Under the pieces are notes generated by a model. The model did no database searches. It saw nothing but the letters and a program-made list of their open reading frames with translations, and was not told where the DNA came from. A DNA stretch of 64,000 bases from assembly GCA_040770465.1 (NCBI GenBank), contig JAXGJB010000010.1, positions 1-64,000 of the forward strand, in the 5' to 3' direction. The position numbers and the translations under genes were made by a program. Below are positions 11,075 through 20,104 of the stretch, one piece after another; within the stretch, counting starts at the first letter, position 1, and every line of letters begins with the position of its first letter. Source of the DNA: Methanothrix sp. GTDB lineage: Archaea; Halobacteriota; Methanosarcinia; Methanotrichales; Methanotrichaceae.

Positions 11075-11521
11075 GTGTCTATCATGATGAAGCTGCTCAT
11101 GGTCCTGGGGATGATTCTGCTATTGGCAATCTCGAGCCTCGCCTTCGAGGGGCCAGAGCCGATGAGGCTGGGAAGCAAGAGCGATCCGGAGGCCTCCCTC
11201 TTCTCCTACGACCAGAAGTTCAGCGATACCACCACCCTCAAGAACTACGACCTTGGAATGTCCGCCTACAAGGATTTCGACGGGTGCGAAAAGCTCTCCT
11301 CGGATATCACCATCGAGAGCAACCCCAACTGGGTCGATATAGCCCTCCAGGCGAACTTCAGCCACGGCACCGGCAGGATGGGGTACCTGGTCCTGGACCA
11401 GGATACGATGGACATAAGGGACGTGATGGTGGACGTCAGCCACGAGTTCATCGGCAACTTCAGCATAGACGAGAAGATCCTTGTGGTGAAGAACGATATG
11501 AACAACACCTGGCCTATATGA
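11075..11521 (+). CDS. Small secreted protein with partial beta-rich module shared with other surface proteins in the window
   Basis: Signal peptide; ANFSHGTGRMGYLV...HEFIGNFSIDEKI resembles motifs in the 39168 protein and the giant protein. Confidence 0.7.
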   Translation: MSIMMKLLMVLGMILLLAISSLAFEGPEPMRLGSKSDPEASLFSYDQKFSDTTTLKNYDLGMSAYKDFDGCEKLSSDITIESNPNWVDIALQANFSHGTGRMGYLVLDQDTMDIRDVMVDVSHEFIGNFSIDEKILVVKNDMNNTWPI

Positions 11522-11547
11522 TGGCAGGAGCGGGATCGGGATCCTGC

Positions 11548-12978
11548 TCAAGATCGGAGCTGCCGGCCCACCAGGCCGTCCATCAGCTCCAGAAACTCTC
11601 CTTTCGCCTCCGGGGGGATCGTCGCCCCGGCGGCGACGTTGTGGCCACCGCCGACCCCGCCCACCTTCTCTGCGGCCTGGGATATCGCCTCCGCCAGGTT
11701 CAGCCCCGACCTCACCAGGTCCTGAGTCCCCCGGGCTGAGACCTTCAGTTTGCCGTCATCAGACCGGGCGAAGGCCAGGATCGGCTTTCTCCGGTCGGCG
11801 GTCTGAAAGCTCATCCCCGCCACGATCCCCACGATGGTGTCAAGGATCCGGTCGCCGGCATCGAAGTATTGGAGGTGCGCGAGCGGCACGATTCCCTCGT
11901 CCTTCACAAGCTTCAGGCCGTTGACCAGGTTCTGCCGGTGCTCGTTCAAGAGAAGCCTCGCCTCCTCCAGGCCGGATCCCCGGTCGCCGAGGCAGACCGA
12001 AAGGCCGACGCCGGAGTGGCCGTACCGGGCGGTGGCGTTCAGAAGGGTCGAGTACTCGCTCGCGTCCCGAAGCTCCGTTCCCTCCTGTTCTGCGAGGAGG
12101 GTGTAGACCTCGCCGACGAGCCGTTCGAGCTGGTGGTTTGATAGCCCGGCCCGCAGGCCCCTTCTTACCAGGGCCGAGGCGATCCTTCCCTTCTCATCGG
12201 GGTTCATGTCGATCCAGCGCCGCCACCTCTCGCCCTTCAGCCTGATACCCTGTTCTTTGAGAAAGAAGATGCAGGCGTCTTCGTCGCCCGAGAGGCCCGG
12301 GATGTAGGGGTCTGAGGAGAACTCCAGCATCTTGAAGACCGGCCTCGTCTGTTTTCCGAAGAGCTTGAGGTCGCGGCCGAAGGAGAGGACTCTCGCCTCG
12401 GCGCCGATCTCGAGTATCTGCCGGTTGAGGCCGACGAGCCTGCCGTTCGCCATGTCCTGGAGGTCGCCGACGGCTCCGACGATGGCGAGGCCCGAGAGGT
12501 CGTCGTTTCCGCCCACGCGGCCGCAGGCCTTCGCCAGGGCTCGCGCGAGGATGAAGGTGGACCCGCTCCCGGAGAGGTGCGTTGCGCCGTCGAGGCCGAC
12601 GAGGTGGGGGTTTATGTGAAGCTCCACCCCAGTGCCCTGGGGCCGGTGGTGGTCGGCCACCACCGCCGAGAGTTTCATCTCCAGGATCTCGGACTGCATC
12701 CCGCTCCCAAGGTCGGTGAATATGACGAGGTCCTCCCCGAGGTCGGCGATCGTCTCCAGGGCTGGGAGGTCCAGCTGTCTGAAGAATAGGTTCGTCCTTT
12801 CGACGTTCGCCCGATCCAGGGCCATGGACATTATCCCGGCTGAGGTGAGGCCGTCGGCGTCGATGTGAGATGCCACCACCACCTCCTTTTTCCGGCGAAT
12901 CTCCTCTGCTGCCCTCTCCGAGATTCTGGAGAGGATGGCCAGCTCCTCTCCGAACTCCGGGTTCTCCGCGTCCGTCAT
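11548..12978 (-). CDS. DHH family phosphoesterase (archaeal RecJ/GAN-like exonuclease)
   Basis: SHIDADGLTS, FTDLGSG, ADHH, GAVGD, GGGHNVAAGA (DHHA1). Confidence 0.92.
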   Translation of the reverse strand: MTDAENPEFGEELAILSRISERAAEEIRRKKEVVVASHIDADGLTSAGIMSMALDRANVERTNLFFRQLDLPALETIADLGEDLVIFTDLGSGMQSEILEMKLSAVVADHHRPQGTGVELHINPHLVGLDGATHLSGSGSTFILARALAKACGRVGGNDDLSGLAIVGAVGDLQDMANGRLVGLNRQILEIGAEARVLSFGRDLKLFGKQTRPVFKMLEFSSDPYIPGLSGDEDACIFFLKEQGIRLKGERWRRWIDMNPDEKGRIASALVRRGLRAGLSNHQLERLVGEVYTLLAEQEGTELRDASEYSTLLNATARYGHSGVGLSVCLGDRGSGLEEARLLLNEHRQNLVNGLKLVKDEGIVPLAHLQYFDAGDRILDTIVGIVAGMSFQTADRRKPILAFARSDDGKLKVSARGTQDLVRSGLNLAEAISQAAEKVGGVGGGHNVAAGATIPPEAKGEFLELMDGLVGRQLRS

Positions 12979-13360
12979 CGTTCCTTCAATCGGATCTGAT
13001 CTCTTTAGACTCTTTCGCCGTTTGATATACAGAAGTCCTGTATTCGTGGCCGGAGGATCTGTACCTGAGGATTTCTTATAGGGTATTCTGACGAAATCCT
13101 TCGTTTATCAGATCTATTTTTTGGCCGCCGAATTGAGGAGGTATGAACTCATCAAGATAAAATTAGTAATTTAAACTCTCGTGCTGTTATACATTAAAAT
13201 CGCTTATTAGATATCGAATATATCTAAACTTATTTTTATCAACCTTATTTTTTGGATTAAATTCATCTATCCTCCGATTCGAGAGACTACGGAACATAGG
13301 TAAATTATATAAACTTTGAACTTGATAATAACATGTTGCACTTATATGGAGGAATGAAAG

Positions 13361-13579
13361 ATGCCGGACAGCGTCTATAAAATCGTGGAGCTGGTGGGGT
13401 CCTCTCCGACCAGCTGGGAGGATGCGACGAAGGCGGCCGTCGAGAAGGCCGCAAAGAGCCTGAGGGACCTGAGGGTCGCCGAGGTGAGGGAGCTGGACGT
13501 GAAGCTCGAAGGAGGAAAGATCGTCGCCTACAGGGCCAAGGTGAGGATCTCCTTCAAGATCGAGGGGGAGGTTGACTAA
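13361..13579 (+). CDS. Dodecin family flavin-binding protein
   Basis: VYKIVELVGSSPTSWEDA...YRAKVRISF; GGAGG RBS upstream. Confidence 0.92.
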   Translation: MPDSVYKIVELVGSSPTSWEDATKAAVEKAAKSLRDLRVAEVRELDVKLEGGKIVAYRAKVRISFKIEGEVD

Positions 13580-13715
13580 AGCCCCCTCACCCTCTCGATG
13601 AAATAAAATATCATACAGATTCATCCTCTTAGACGGTTCGTCCTCTAAGAGGCAGATCAATTTTTTCTAACCGAGGTTCAAGCGAGGCGTTCGGTTTCGA
13701 TCTATTGGTGATAGC

Positions 13716-14099
13716 ATGAGCGACGTCGTCGACGCGACAGACAGAAGCTGGGAGGAGGAGGTCGAGAGGTCGGATAAGCCCACCCTTGCCATGTTCCACT
13801 CCCCCACCTGCCCCCACTGCAAAATGATGATGCCAAGCTTCGAGGAGTACGCGAATAAGTTCAAGGGCAAAGTGAAGTTTGTGAGGATCAACGTCGTGGA
13901 GAACTCCTTCACCCCCGAGAGGTACAGGGTCATGGCCACACCGACCTTCAAGTTCTTCTGCGGCGGAAGGCCGGTTCTGGAGATGGTGGGGGCCGCCTAT
14001 CCATCCCTGTTGAAGAAGATGGTGGAGGACGGCCTATCCTCTGGGGATGCGTGCGCGAAGGGATCGACCCCCATCGACTACAACGTCGGCTACGTCTGA
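13716..14099 (+). CDS. Thioredoxin family protein
   Basis: CPHC active site, cis-Pro motif VMATPTFKFF. Confidence 0.88.
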   Translation: MSDVVDATDRSWEEEVERSDKPTLAMFHSPTCPHCKMMMPSFEEYANKFKGKVKFVRINVVENSFTPERYRVMATPTFKFFCGGRPVLEMVGAAYPSLLKKMVEDGLSSGDACAKGSTPIDYNVGYV

Positions 14100-14371
14100 G
14101 GCGGGACCATCTCTCTCGCCCCCTCTTCCAACCATCCTCCCGCCATCTTCCGGACCACCTCCCTCCCTCCCTCTCTCCTCCCGCCGATTTTCGTCGAGCG
14201 GCTAGGGTCTACAATAATTCCCAACAATTAATCATTATAGATATTATAAGCTAAGAACAATTTATATTAGAAAGTTATAAATAACCTTGCGCCTTAGGTG
14301 ATGCTTTGGGCGGGTCTATCGGATGCGAGAGCCCGCACCCCACGACCCGAAATGGCGGATTTCGGGGGTGC

Positions 14372-14710
14372 ATGAAGGTGCAGCAGGGCAGTTTTGAAGT
14401 TAAGGATTTGAGAAGCCTGGAGAATCTGGTGAGCAAGGGGGCGGGGATCAGGATCACCTGCGACTCCCTGAGCCCGCCGGTCCTCTCTCTCCTCGTTGAG
14501 GTCTTTGCCGAAGAGGCGAAGCCGACTTTTCGGGATCTGATGGAGATAGTCGCCGAGTTTTTGTGCAGCAGCAGCTACAGCCGCCGGGATATTCGAACCC
14601 TCATGAGGAGGCTCGGTGTGGACGACTCGGAGATGCAGAAGAACCTCATCTACATGGCGCGGTCCTGGCACAACCGGGACCCCTTCACCGGCGTTTCAGC
14701 TCGCAGGTAG
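14372..14710 (+). CDS. Hypothetical protein
   Basis: Host-like codon usage, TATA box at ~14275, ATG after GGGGGTG. Confidence 0.55.
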   Translation: MKVQQGSFEVKDLRSLENLVSKGAGIRITCDSLSPPVLSLLVEVFAEEAKPTFRDLMEIVAEFLCSSSYSRRDIRTLMRRLGVDDSEMQKNLIYMARSWHNRDPFTGVSARR

Positions 14711-15950
14711 GAGTTACTGGTGTGACTGCATTCTCCAGAGACAATGCAGTATCTGCATTACCCCATTTGCCGGTATACGGATCGTACGTACATTTTGGTG
14801 ATTTAGCATACAAATTCCCGGTGAAACCGTATGCCCAAGGTCTACAATCATGGCATAAGTAGCGATATTCACAATCTTTGCATACTCCCACTTGATCTTT
14901 ATTCAAACCCCAGAATTTGACCATTTCTTCATTAATTACATTGAATAGACCTCTCTCCTTTATATTTCCAGCAATTTGCTCTCTAGCAAATACACACGGC
15001 AGGATATTCCCTTCACTCGTTATTGCTATCTTGCCAAACCAGCAGTTATTCGATGAAATACTTTTTTCATAAAGTTCTCGGTTCACAAAAAAATCGGGCT
15101 TACTTTGGATTGAACTCAACCCGTACTCTTTTGGCCAGTTTTCCCTATCGATTCCCCGTCCGGTTGGCCTAATAGGATCCGGTGTATTGCAAAGAATGCC
15201 CATCTCATTGAGGAAGTAGCAAGTTCCATCTAGTTCGTCCTCATTCTGTTTCATGGCGATTACTGAACATCGTATGGGCACGTTGTAGGCCAATAGAAGC
15301 TTAAGGCTACCCAAAGTCTTTTTAAAGCTGCCTCTAATTCCCGTGATGGAATCGTGTGTTTCTGATCTATAAGAATACAGAGATATAGCAACCTGAATGC
15401 CATTTTCTGAGAAGTATTGGATGAGGGGCTCAGTAAGCAGTGTGCCGTTAGTAAAAACTTCGATAGTCTTAAATCCCCGTTTCTTTGCATGGTCAATAAG
15501 ATCTCTTAGATCGCTTCTAATTGTGCATTCACCGCCTGTGAATTGAACTTTTATGCAGCCCAGCTCTGCTGCTTCGTTGAGCCAATTCTTGATATCATCA
15601 GCTGATGGGTCCACAACCTGTTTTGATTCTACATCAGCATAGCAATGTGAACAGTGGAGATTGCATTTGGACGTTACCTCAATCCATAAAAAGTCCAAAT
15701 GCTGTGGATTGTTTATCATTATTCTATCTGGTTTAGGTTCAGAGGAGATTCGAACTAAATTCTGATCAGAAAGTTCCTTAATAAAATTCTTCGTATATGC
15801 TATTTCTACCCCCAATAATTCTGAGACCTCTGAAACTCTATGACCAGCTTCTCCAAGTTCAATAATTCGCTTAGCAAATTTGTTCGCTCTATATATTTCA
15901 CCTATCTTAAAATTTACAATTATAGAGTTCTTAATCCCATTTATAAGCAC
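14685..15950 (-). CDS. Radical SAM/SPASM peptide-maturase-like protein with N-terminal RRE-like domain
   Basis: CNLHCSHC (CxxxCxxC), FTGGE, FTNG, SPASM cysteines CWFGK...PC...CKDCEYRYLCHDC...CTYDPYTGKW; AT-rich; true start probably further upstream (~15992). Confidence 0.92.
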   Translation of the reverse strand: MLINGIKNSIIVNFKIGEIYRANKFAKRIIELGEAGHRVSEVSELLGVEIAYTKNFIKELSDQNLVRISSEPKPDRIMINNPQHLDFLWIEVTSKCNLHCSHCYADVESKQVVDPSADDIKNWLNEAAELGCIKVQFTGGECTIRSDLRDLIDHAKKRGFKTIEVFTNGTLLTEPLIQYFSENGIQVAISLYSYRSETHDSITGIRGSFKKTLGSLKLLLAYNVPIRCSVIAMKQNEDELDGTCYFLNEMGILCNTPDPIRPTGRGIDRENWPKEYGLSSIQSKPDFFVNRELYEKSISSNNCWFGKIAITSEGNILPCVFAREQIAGNIKERGLFNVINEEMVKFWGLNKDQVGVCKDCEYRYLCHDCRPWAYGFTGNLYAKSPKCTYDPYTGKWGNADTALSLENAVTPVTPTCELKRR

Positions 15951-15998
15951 ACTATCTTCATTTAGAAAGAAAAAATGATCGAAAAAGATTATCCCTCC

Positions 15999-16283
15999 TT
16001 ATCGAGTATTCTTCAGTTCGATTACCTTCCTCATTTCAACTATATCAGCCTTGAGTCCTGCGATTGCGTCTTTGAGCTCTATCATGTCCTTGTCGAATCT
16101 ATATTGTTCGAATGGTATGACGTTAATAGGCGGTCGAGAAAAATCTATCCCATGGGATGGAGTACATATCTGTGGCAATCTAGGGGTGCAGAAGTTGGGT
16201 TCGCAAATCTTTACTATCTCTTCAAACCATTTTTTGTCTACTAGAACTTTCTCTAACATCGGCATTTCGCTTTCTTCAGACAT
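15999..16283 (-). CDS. Small CxP-repeat protein, candidate RiPP precursor
   Basis: 94 aa, GGAGG RBS, ICEPNFCTPRLPQICTP core, C-terminal coiled-coil-like helix; immediately upstream of the rSAM gene and in the same frame. Confidence 0.7.
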   Translation of the reverse strand: MSEESEMPMLEKVLVDKKWFEEIVKICEPNFCTPRLPQICTPSHGIDFSRPPINVIPFEQYRFDKDMIELKDAIAGLKADIVEMRKVIELKNTR

Positions 16284-16910
16284 ATGTGCCCTCCAAATTT
16301 TCTAATATATAACTCACTTCTAAGTATATAATCTTTATTCATGAAGTTTCCAGAACTATGAACTAATTAAATTTATATAATTTATACTAGAACAATTATC
16401 ACAAAAGTCGAATGCCCATTTCCGTGTCTCATTCTAAGATGAGTCGGTTTTTTACCAACCGGACATCTATGCCGCCTGAACCAAACGAATAGGTTTAGCC
16501 TACGACGGCGTAACCGCCGCAACTTGTCTGCTGGACGGATTCGCTAGATCGTAGTTGGTCCCGCTAAAGGTCTCGCTCCAATTCATCCCGGGTGCCGGAA
16601 ATCCTGGATAGGACAGCATTGCGATGCTCTATTTATTCTCAGGAGCTATGCGGTCTGATACATTCAGCATGAATTTTGTCCGAACGATATCCCGTTAGAC
16701 GGCATGGAAAGCGCCATATGACGATTTTTTCCATCCGATTATGGATTTGGCTTTTCTGGACTATCAGATCCCGCTCAAGCCCAGTGGCCGTAGATCTTAT
16801 TCTCCATCTTCCAAGAGCATAGATCGCCTAGTTGAATTCACATTCCAGCATAATATAATGGTCCCAGCCGCCACCGATCCGAAATAAGGCGGCTTGAAGA
16901 AAATAGAATT

Positions 16911-19688
16911 TCAGGCCCCGGAGGCGGACCTGACCATTGCCAGACCCGCCTCCAGCGCCTCGGGGAGCCTCTCCGCCGAGGGGCCGCCGCCCTGGGCGAT
17001 CTCGGGCTTTCCGCCGCCTCCGCCGCCGACGACCTTCGTCGCTGCCTTGACGATCTCGCCAGCCGCAAGACCCTTCGCCAGGCCCGTCTTCCCGACGGCT
17101 GCGACGATCTTCGCCCCATCCTTCTCGCTTCCCAGGATCGCAACGTAGTCCTTCCCCGAGATCATCGACGCCGCCTTGATCAGCTCCTCGACGTCGGCGT
17201 TCTCCAGGGTCGCGACGACTACCTTGAGGCCGCCCACATCGACGGCCTTGCCGGTCAGCCCCTCCATCTGGGCCCGCGCCAGGTCCTCCTTCAGCCGGGC
17301 CGCCTCCTTTTTGAGGTCCTTCCACTCCTCGAAGAACCGCGTGGCGGTCTTGGGGAGCTGCTCTGCTGGGACGCTCAGGGCGTCAGCGGAGCCGAAGAGG
17401 AGGTCGTCTCTCTCCTGCCCCCTCAGGACGGCGGCCTCGCCAGCCGAAAACTCGATCCTCTCCACCCCGTCCTGGACCCTCTCGGTCCTCAGAACCTTGA
17501 TCGGTCCGACCATCCCGGTGTTGGTGCAGTGGGTCCCGGCGCAGGCCTCGACGTCGGTCCCGACCTGGACGACCCTGATCGACTTCCCCGGCGGGACGCC
17601 CCCCTGGTAGAGCTCAAAGCCGAACCTCTTCTCCGCCTCGGACCGGTCCAGCCAGCCGGTGGTTATGGGAATATTCTCCATCACCGTCCTGTTGGCGAGA
17701 AGTTCGATCTCCTTCAGCTCGTCCCGGCTGATCCGCTTGTAGTGGGAGATGTCGAGCCTCGCCCTATCCTCCGACTTCTGGGCTCCGGCCTGCCAGATGT
17801 GGCTTCCCAGAACCTTCTTCGCCGAGTCGTGGATGATGTGAGCTGCGGTGTGGTGTCTTGCGTGGGCCAGCCTCCGTCTCATCTCGACCTCGCCCTCGAC
17901 CGGGTCGCCGGGCTTGATCTCGACGGCGACGGCCGCCACCGTGGCCTCCGCATCATTGATCCTGTGTAGGACTACTTTTCCCGCCGACTGGACGTCGACG
18001 ACCCTGAAGGCTTTCTCACCCTTCCGGATCAGGCCGTGGTCTGCGGGCTGGCCGCCGCCCTCTGGGTAGAAGAGGGTCTGGTCCAAGATGACGTTCCCGT
18101 CGACGACGTCCAGGACCTTCGCCCGGAACCTCCTCTCGAAGGGGCGCTCGTAGAACATCCGGCGGGTCTCGGGAAGGTCGATCGTCACCTCTTCCTTCTC
18201 CTCCTTCTCCGACTTGATGTGGGTGCTCGCCACCCGCGAGTAGAAGTTGTCGGGAAGGTCGACCTCGACGCCGGACTCCTGTGCCGCCTCCTGGGCGATC
18301 TCCGGCGGGATGCCGTGAGAGTCGTAGAGGGAGATCATCTCCGAGAGGGGTATCCTCTCTTTCTTCTTTCCGTACCCCTCGGCGATCCTCTTCACAAGCC
18401 TTCGGCCCTTGTCCAGGGTCTCGGCGTACCTCTCCTCCTCCTGGTCGAGGATCTCGACGATCGTCCCGAGCCTCTCTTCTAGGTCCGAATAGTCGAGCTT
18501 TGCTAGCTGCGCCGAGACGAGGTCTGAAAGAGGGACCTCGATCCCCAGGTCTTTCATCTGCCGCAGGGTCCTCCGGATGACGAGCCTTGCGAGGTAGCCG
18601 GCCTTGACGTTGGAGGGTATGATCCCGTCGCCGAGCATGTAGGCGAGACACCTCGTGTGGTCAGCGACGGCGTAGATCCGCTCAAGAGGCGTGATGATCT
18701 CGTCGAGCTTCTCCGCCGAGATCCCGATGTCTTTTGCGATTCTGCCCCGGAGATCTCTGAGGCTTGCATCCTCCAGGTCCACCATCCCGGCGAGGCGGGC
18801 GTTCGCTGCAAGGATCCGGGCCCGCTCGTCGTCGGAGACCGAGGACTCGAGGCCCGCCAGCTCCGATATGTGGTCGACGACCTCGGGGAAGATGGCGTCG
18901 TAGATGGTGGGCGAGCCCTTGCTCGCCCAGACGAACCTCTCAAGGCCGTAGCCGGTATCGACGATGTAGATATCCATCTTCGAGTACCGCTCGCCCTTGA
19001 TCTCGTACTCGCCTTTGGCCGAGACCTTCATGTCCATGAATACGAGGGTTGCAAGCTCCAGGCCGCCCATCATCACCTCGACGCTGGGGCCGGCGTTTCC
19101 TCCGCCAGCCCAGGGCGACTCCTTGTAGGTGACTGCCAGGGGGTCTGCCCCCAGGCCGAGAAGAAGCTCGTCGCAGAGGGCGACGGTGGTGTCCTTCCAG
19201 TAGATCTCCCGCTCGGGGGTGTTGAAGACGTGATGGGCCATCATCTCGAAGGTGGTGAGGTGTCTTCCGCTCCTTCCCACGGAGTCGAGGTCGTCGAGCC
19301 TGATGCAGGGCTGGGATACGGTGAGGGGGTTGGCGGGCGGCGGGACGAGCCCCGAGGTGATGAAAGGCTGGAAGTCGGCGATGGAGGCTATGGTGAGGTA
19401 GATGTCGTCTCTCCACCGGGCGATCACCGGGTACCTCTTGATCCGGGTGTGGCCCTTCTCCTCGAAGAAGGAGAGGTAGTGCTCCCGCATCGCGTCCAGC
19501 TCTATCTCTCGCTTGAATACAGGCGATCCTATGAAGGTATAGGGGTCGCATGGAGGGTCACCGCAGGTGGTCCTGGAGGGGTCTCTCGTCCAGAATCGGC
19601 CGCCGCACCTCTCGCAGGTCTTGCGGAAAAAGCCCTCCTCCTTGAAGAAGTCCAGATTGTAAGCGTCCTCGGGGAACATTTCGATCAA
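16911..19688 (-). CDS. alaS: Alanine--tRNA ligase (archaeal type)
   Basis: N-terminal CxxC...CGDPPC, QPCIR, HLTTFEMMAHH, DTGYGLER, editing HTAAH...CAGTH, GGGGG C-Ala. Confidence 0.97.
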   Translation of the reverse strand: MIEMFPEDAYNLDFFKEEGFFRKTCERCGGRFWTRDPSRTTCGDPPCDPYTFIGSPVFKREIELDAMREHYLSFFEEKGHTRIKRYPVIARWRDDIYLTIASIADFQPFITSGLVPPPANPLTVSQPCIRLDDLDSVGRSGRHLTTFEMMAHHVFNTPEREIYWKDTTVALCDELLLGLGADPLAVTYKESPWAGGGNAGPSVEVMMGGLELATLVFMDMKVSAKGEYEIKGERYSKMDIYIVDTGYGLERFVWASKGSPTIYDAIFPEVVDHISELAGLESSVSDDERARILAANARLAGMVDLEDASLRDLRGRIAKDIGISAEKLDEIITPLERIYAVADHTRCLAYMLGDGIIPSNVKAGYLARLVIRRTLRQMKDLGIEVPLSDLVSAQLAKLDYSDLEERLGTIVEILDQEEERYAETLDKGRRLVKRIAEGYGKKKERIPLSEMISLYDSHGIPPEIAQEAAQESGVEVDLPDNFYSRVASTHIKSEKEEKEEVTIDLPETRRMFYERPFERRFRAKVLDVVDGNVILDQTLFYPEGGGQPADHGLIRKGEKAFRVVDVQSAGKVVLHRINDAEATVAAVAVEIKPGDPVEGEVEMRRRLAHARHHTAAHIIHDSAKKVLGSHIWQAGAQKSEDRARLDISHYKRISRDELKEIELLANRTVMENIPITTGWLDRSEAEKRFGFELYQGGVPPGKSIRVVQVGTDVEACAGTHCTNTGMVGPIKVLRTERVQDGVERIEFSAGEAAVLRGQERDDLLFGSADALSVPAEQLPKTATRFFEEWKDLKKEAARLKEDLARAQMEGLTGKAVDVGGLKVVVATLENADVEELIKAASMISGKDYVAILGSEKDGAKIVAAVGKTGLAKGLAAGEIVKAATKVVGGGGGGKPEIAQGGGPSAERLPEALEAGLAMVRSASGA

Positions 19689-19849
19689 GTCCGATGTAAA
19701 GGGAATGAGGGGACGAACGGCCCGATTCCCTAAAAGGCTTTCTCAGGGGAATTTGAGAAATAGGAGGATCAGAAGAGGTTGTAGTGAGCATAAGGCGCGG
19801 CGGAGGGTATATGGGGTGGCTGGGGTGGCCGAGAGGAGGAGGCATATCG

Positions 19850-20104
19850 TTGGCGGAGTTTGAGCTGTTGGGAAGACACCCAAAACCGATATTAAACGAG
19901 ATCAAATGGCGCGGCCTCGATATGGAGGAGTGCGAGATCGACGTCCTCCACCGGGGCGCGCCCGGCGACAAAATCACAGTCAAGGGGAGCGATATCTCCC
20001 TCGGCAGGTCTTTTTTCACCTTCGGCGAGACGATGATCCCCTACCACCGGATCCTCCGGATCAGGTACGATGGGAGGACGGTCTTTTCGAGGGTGGGGAG
20101 ATGA
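19850..20104 (+). CDS. DUF504 / UPF0248 small protein
   Basis: LNEIKW...HRGAPG...IPYHRILRI; TTG after GGAGGAGG. Confidence 0.8.
   Translation: MAEFELLGRHPKPILNEIKWRGLDMEECEIDVLHRGAPGDKITVKGSDISLGRSFFTFGETMIPYHRILRIRYDGRTVFSRVGR

Noticed and set aside
15975-16305. + strand 89-aa and 84-aa ORFs opposite the CxP peptide gene
   Set aside because: The minus-strand ORF has a GGAGG RBS, promoter-like upstream DNA and co-orientation with the rSAM gene
19906-20100. Extended N-terminus of the methyltransferase
   Set aside because: Overlaps the DUF504 gene in another frame; ATG 20101 overlapping its stop is the better start
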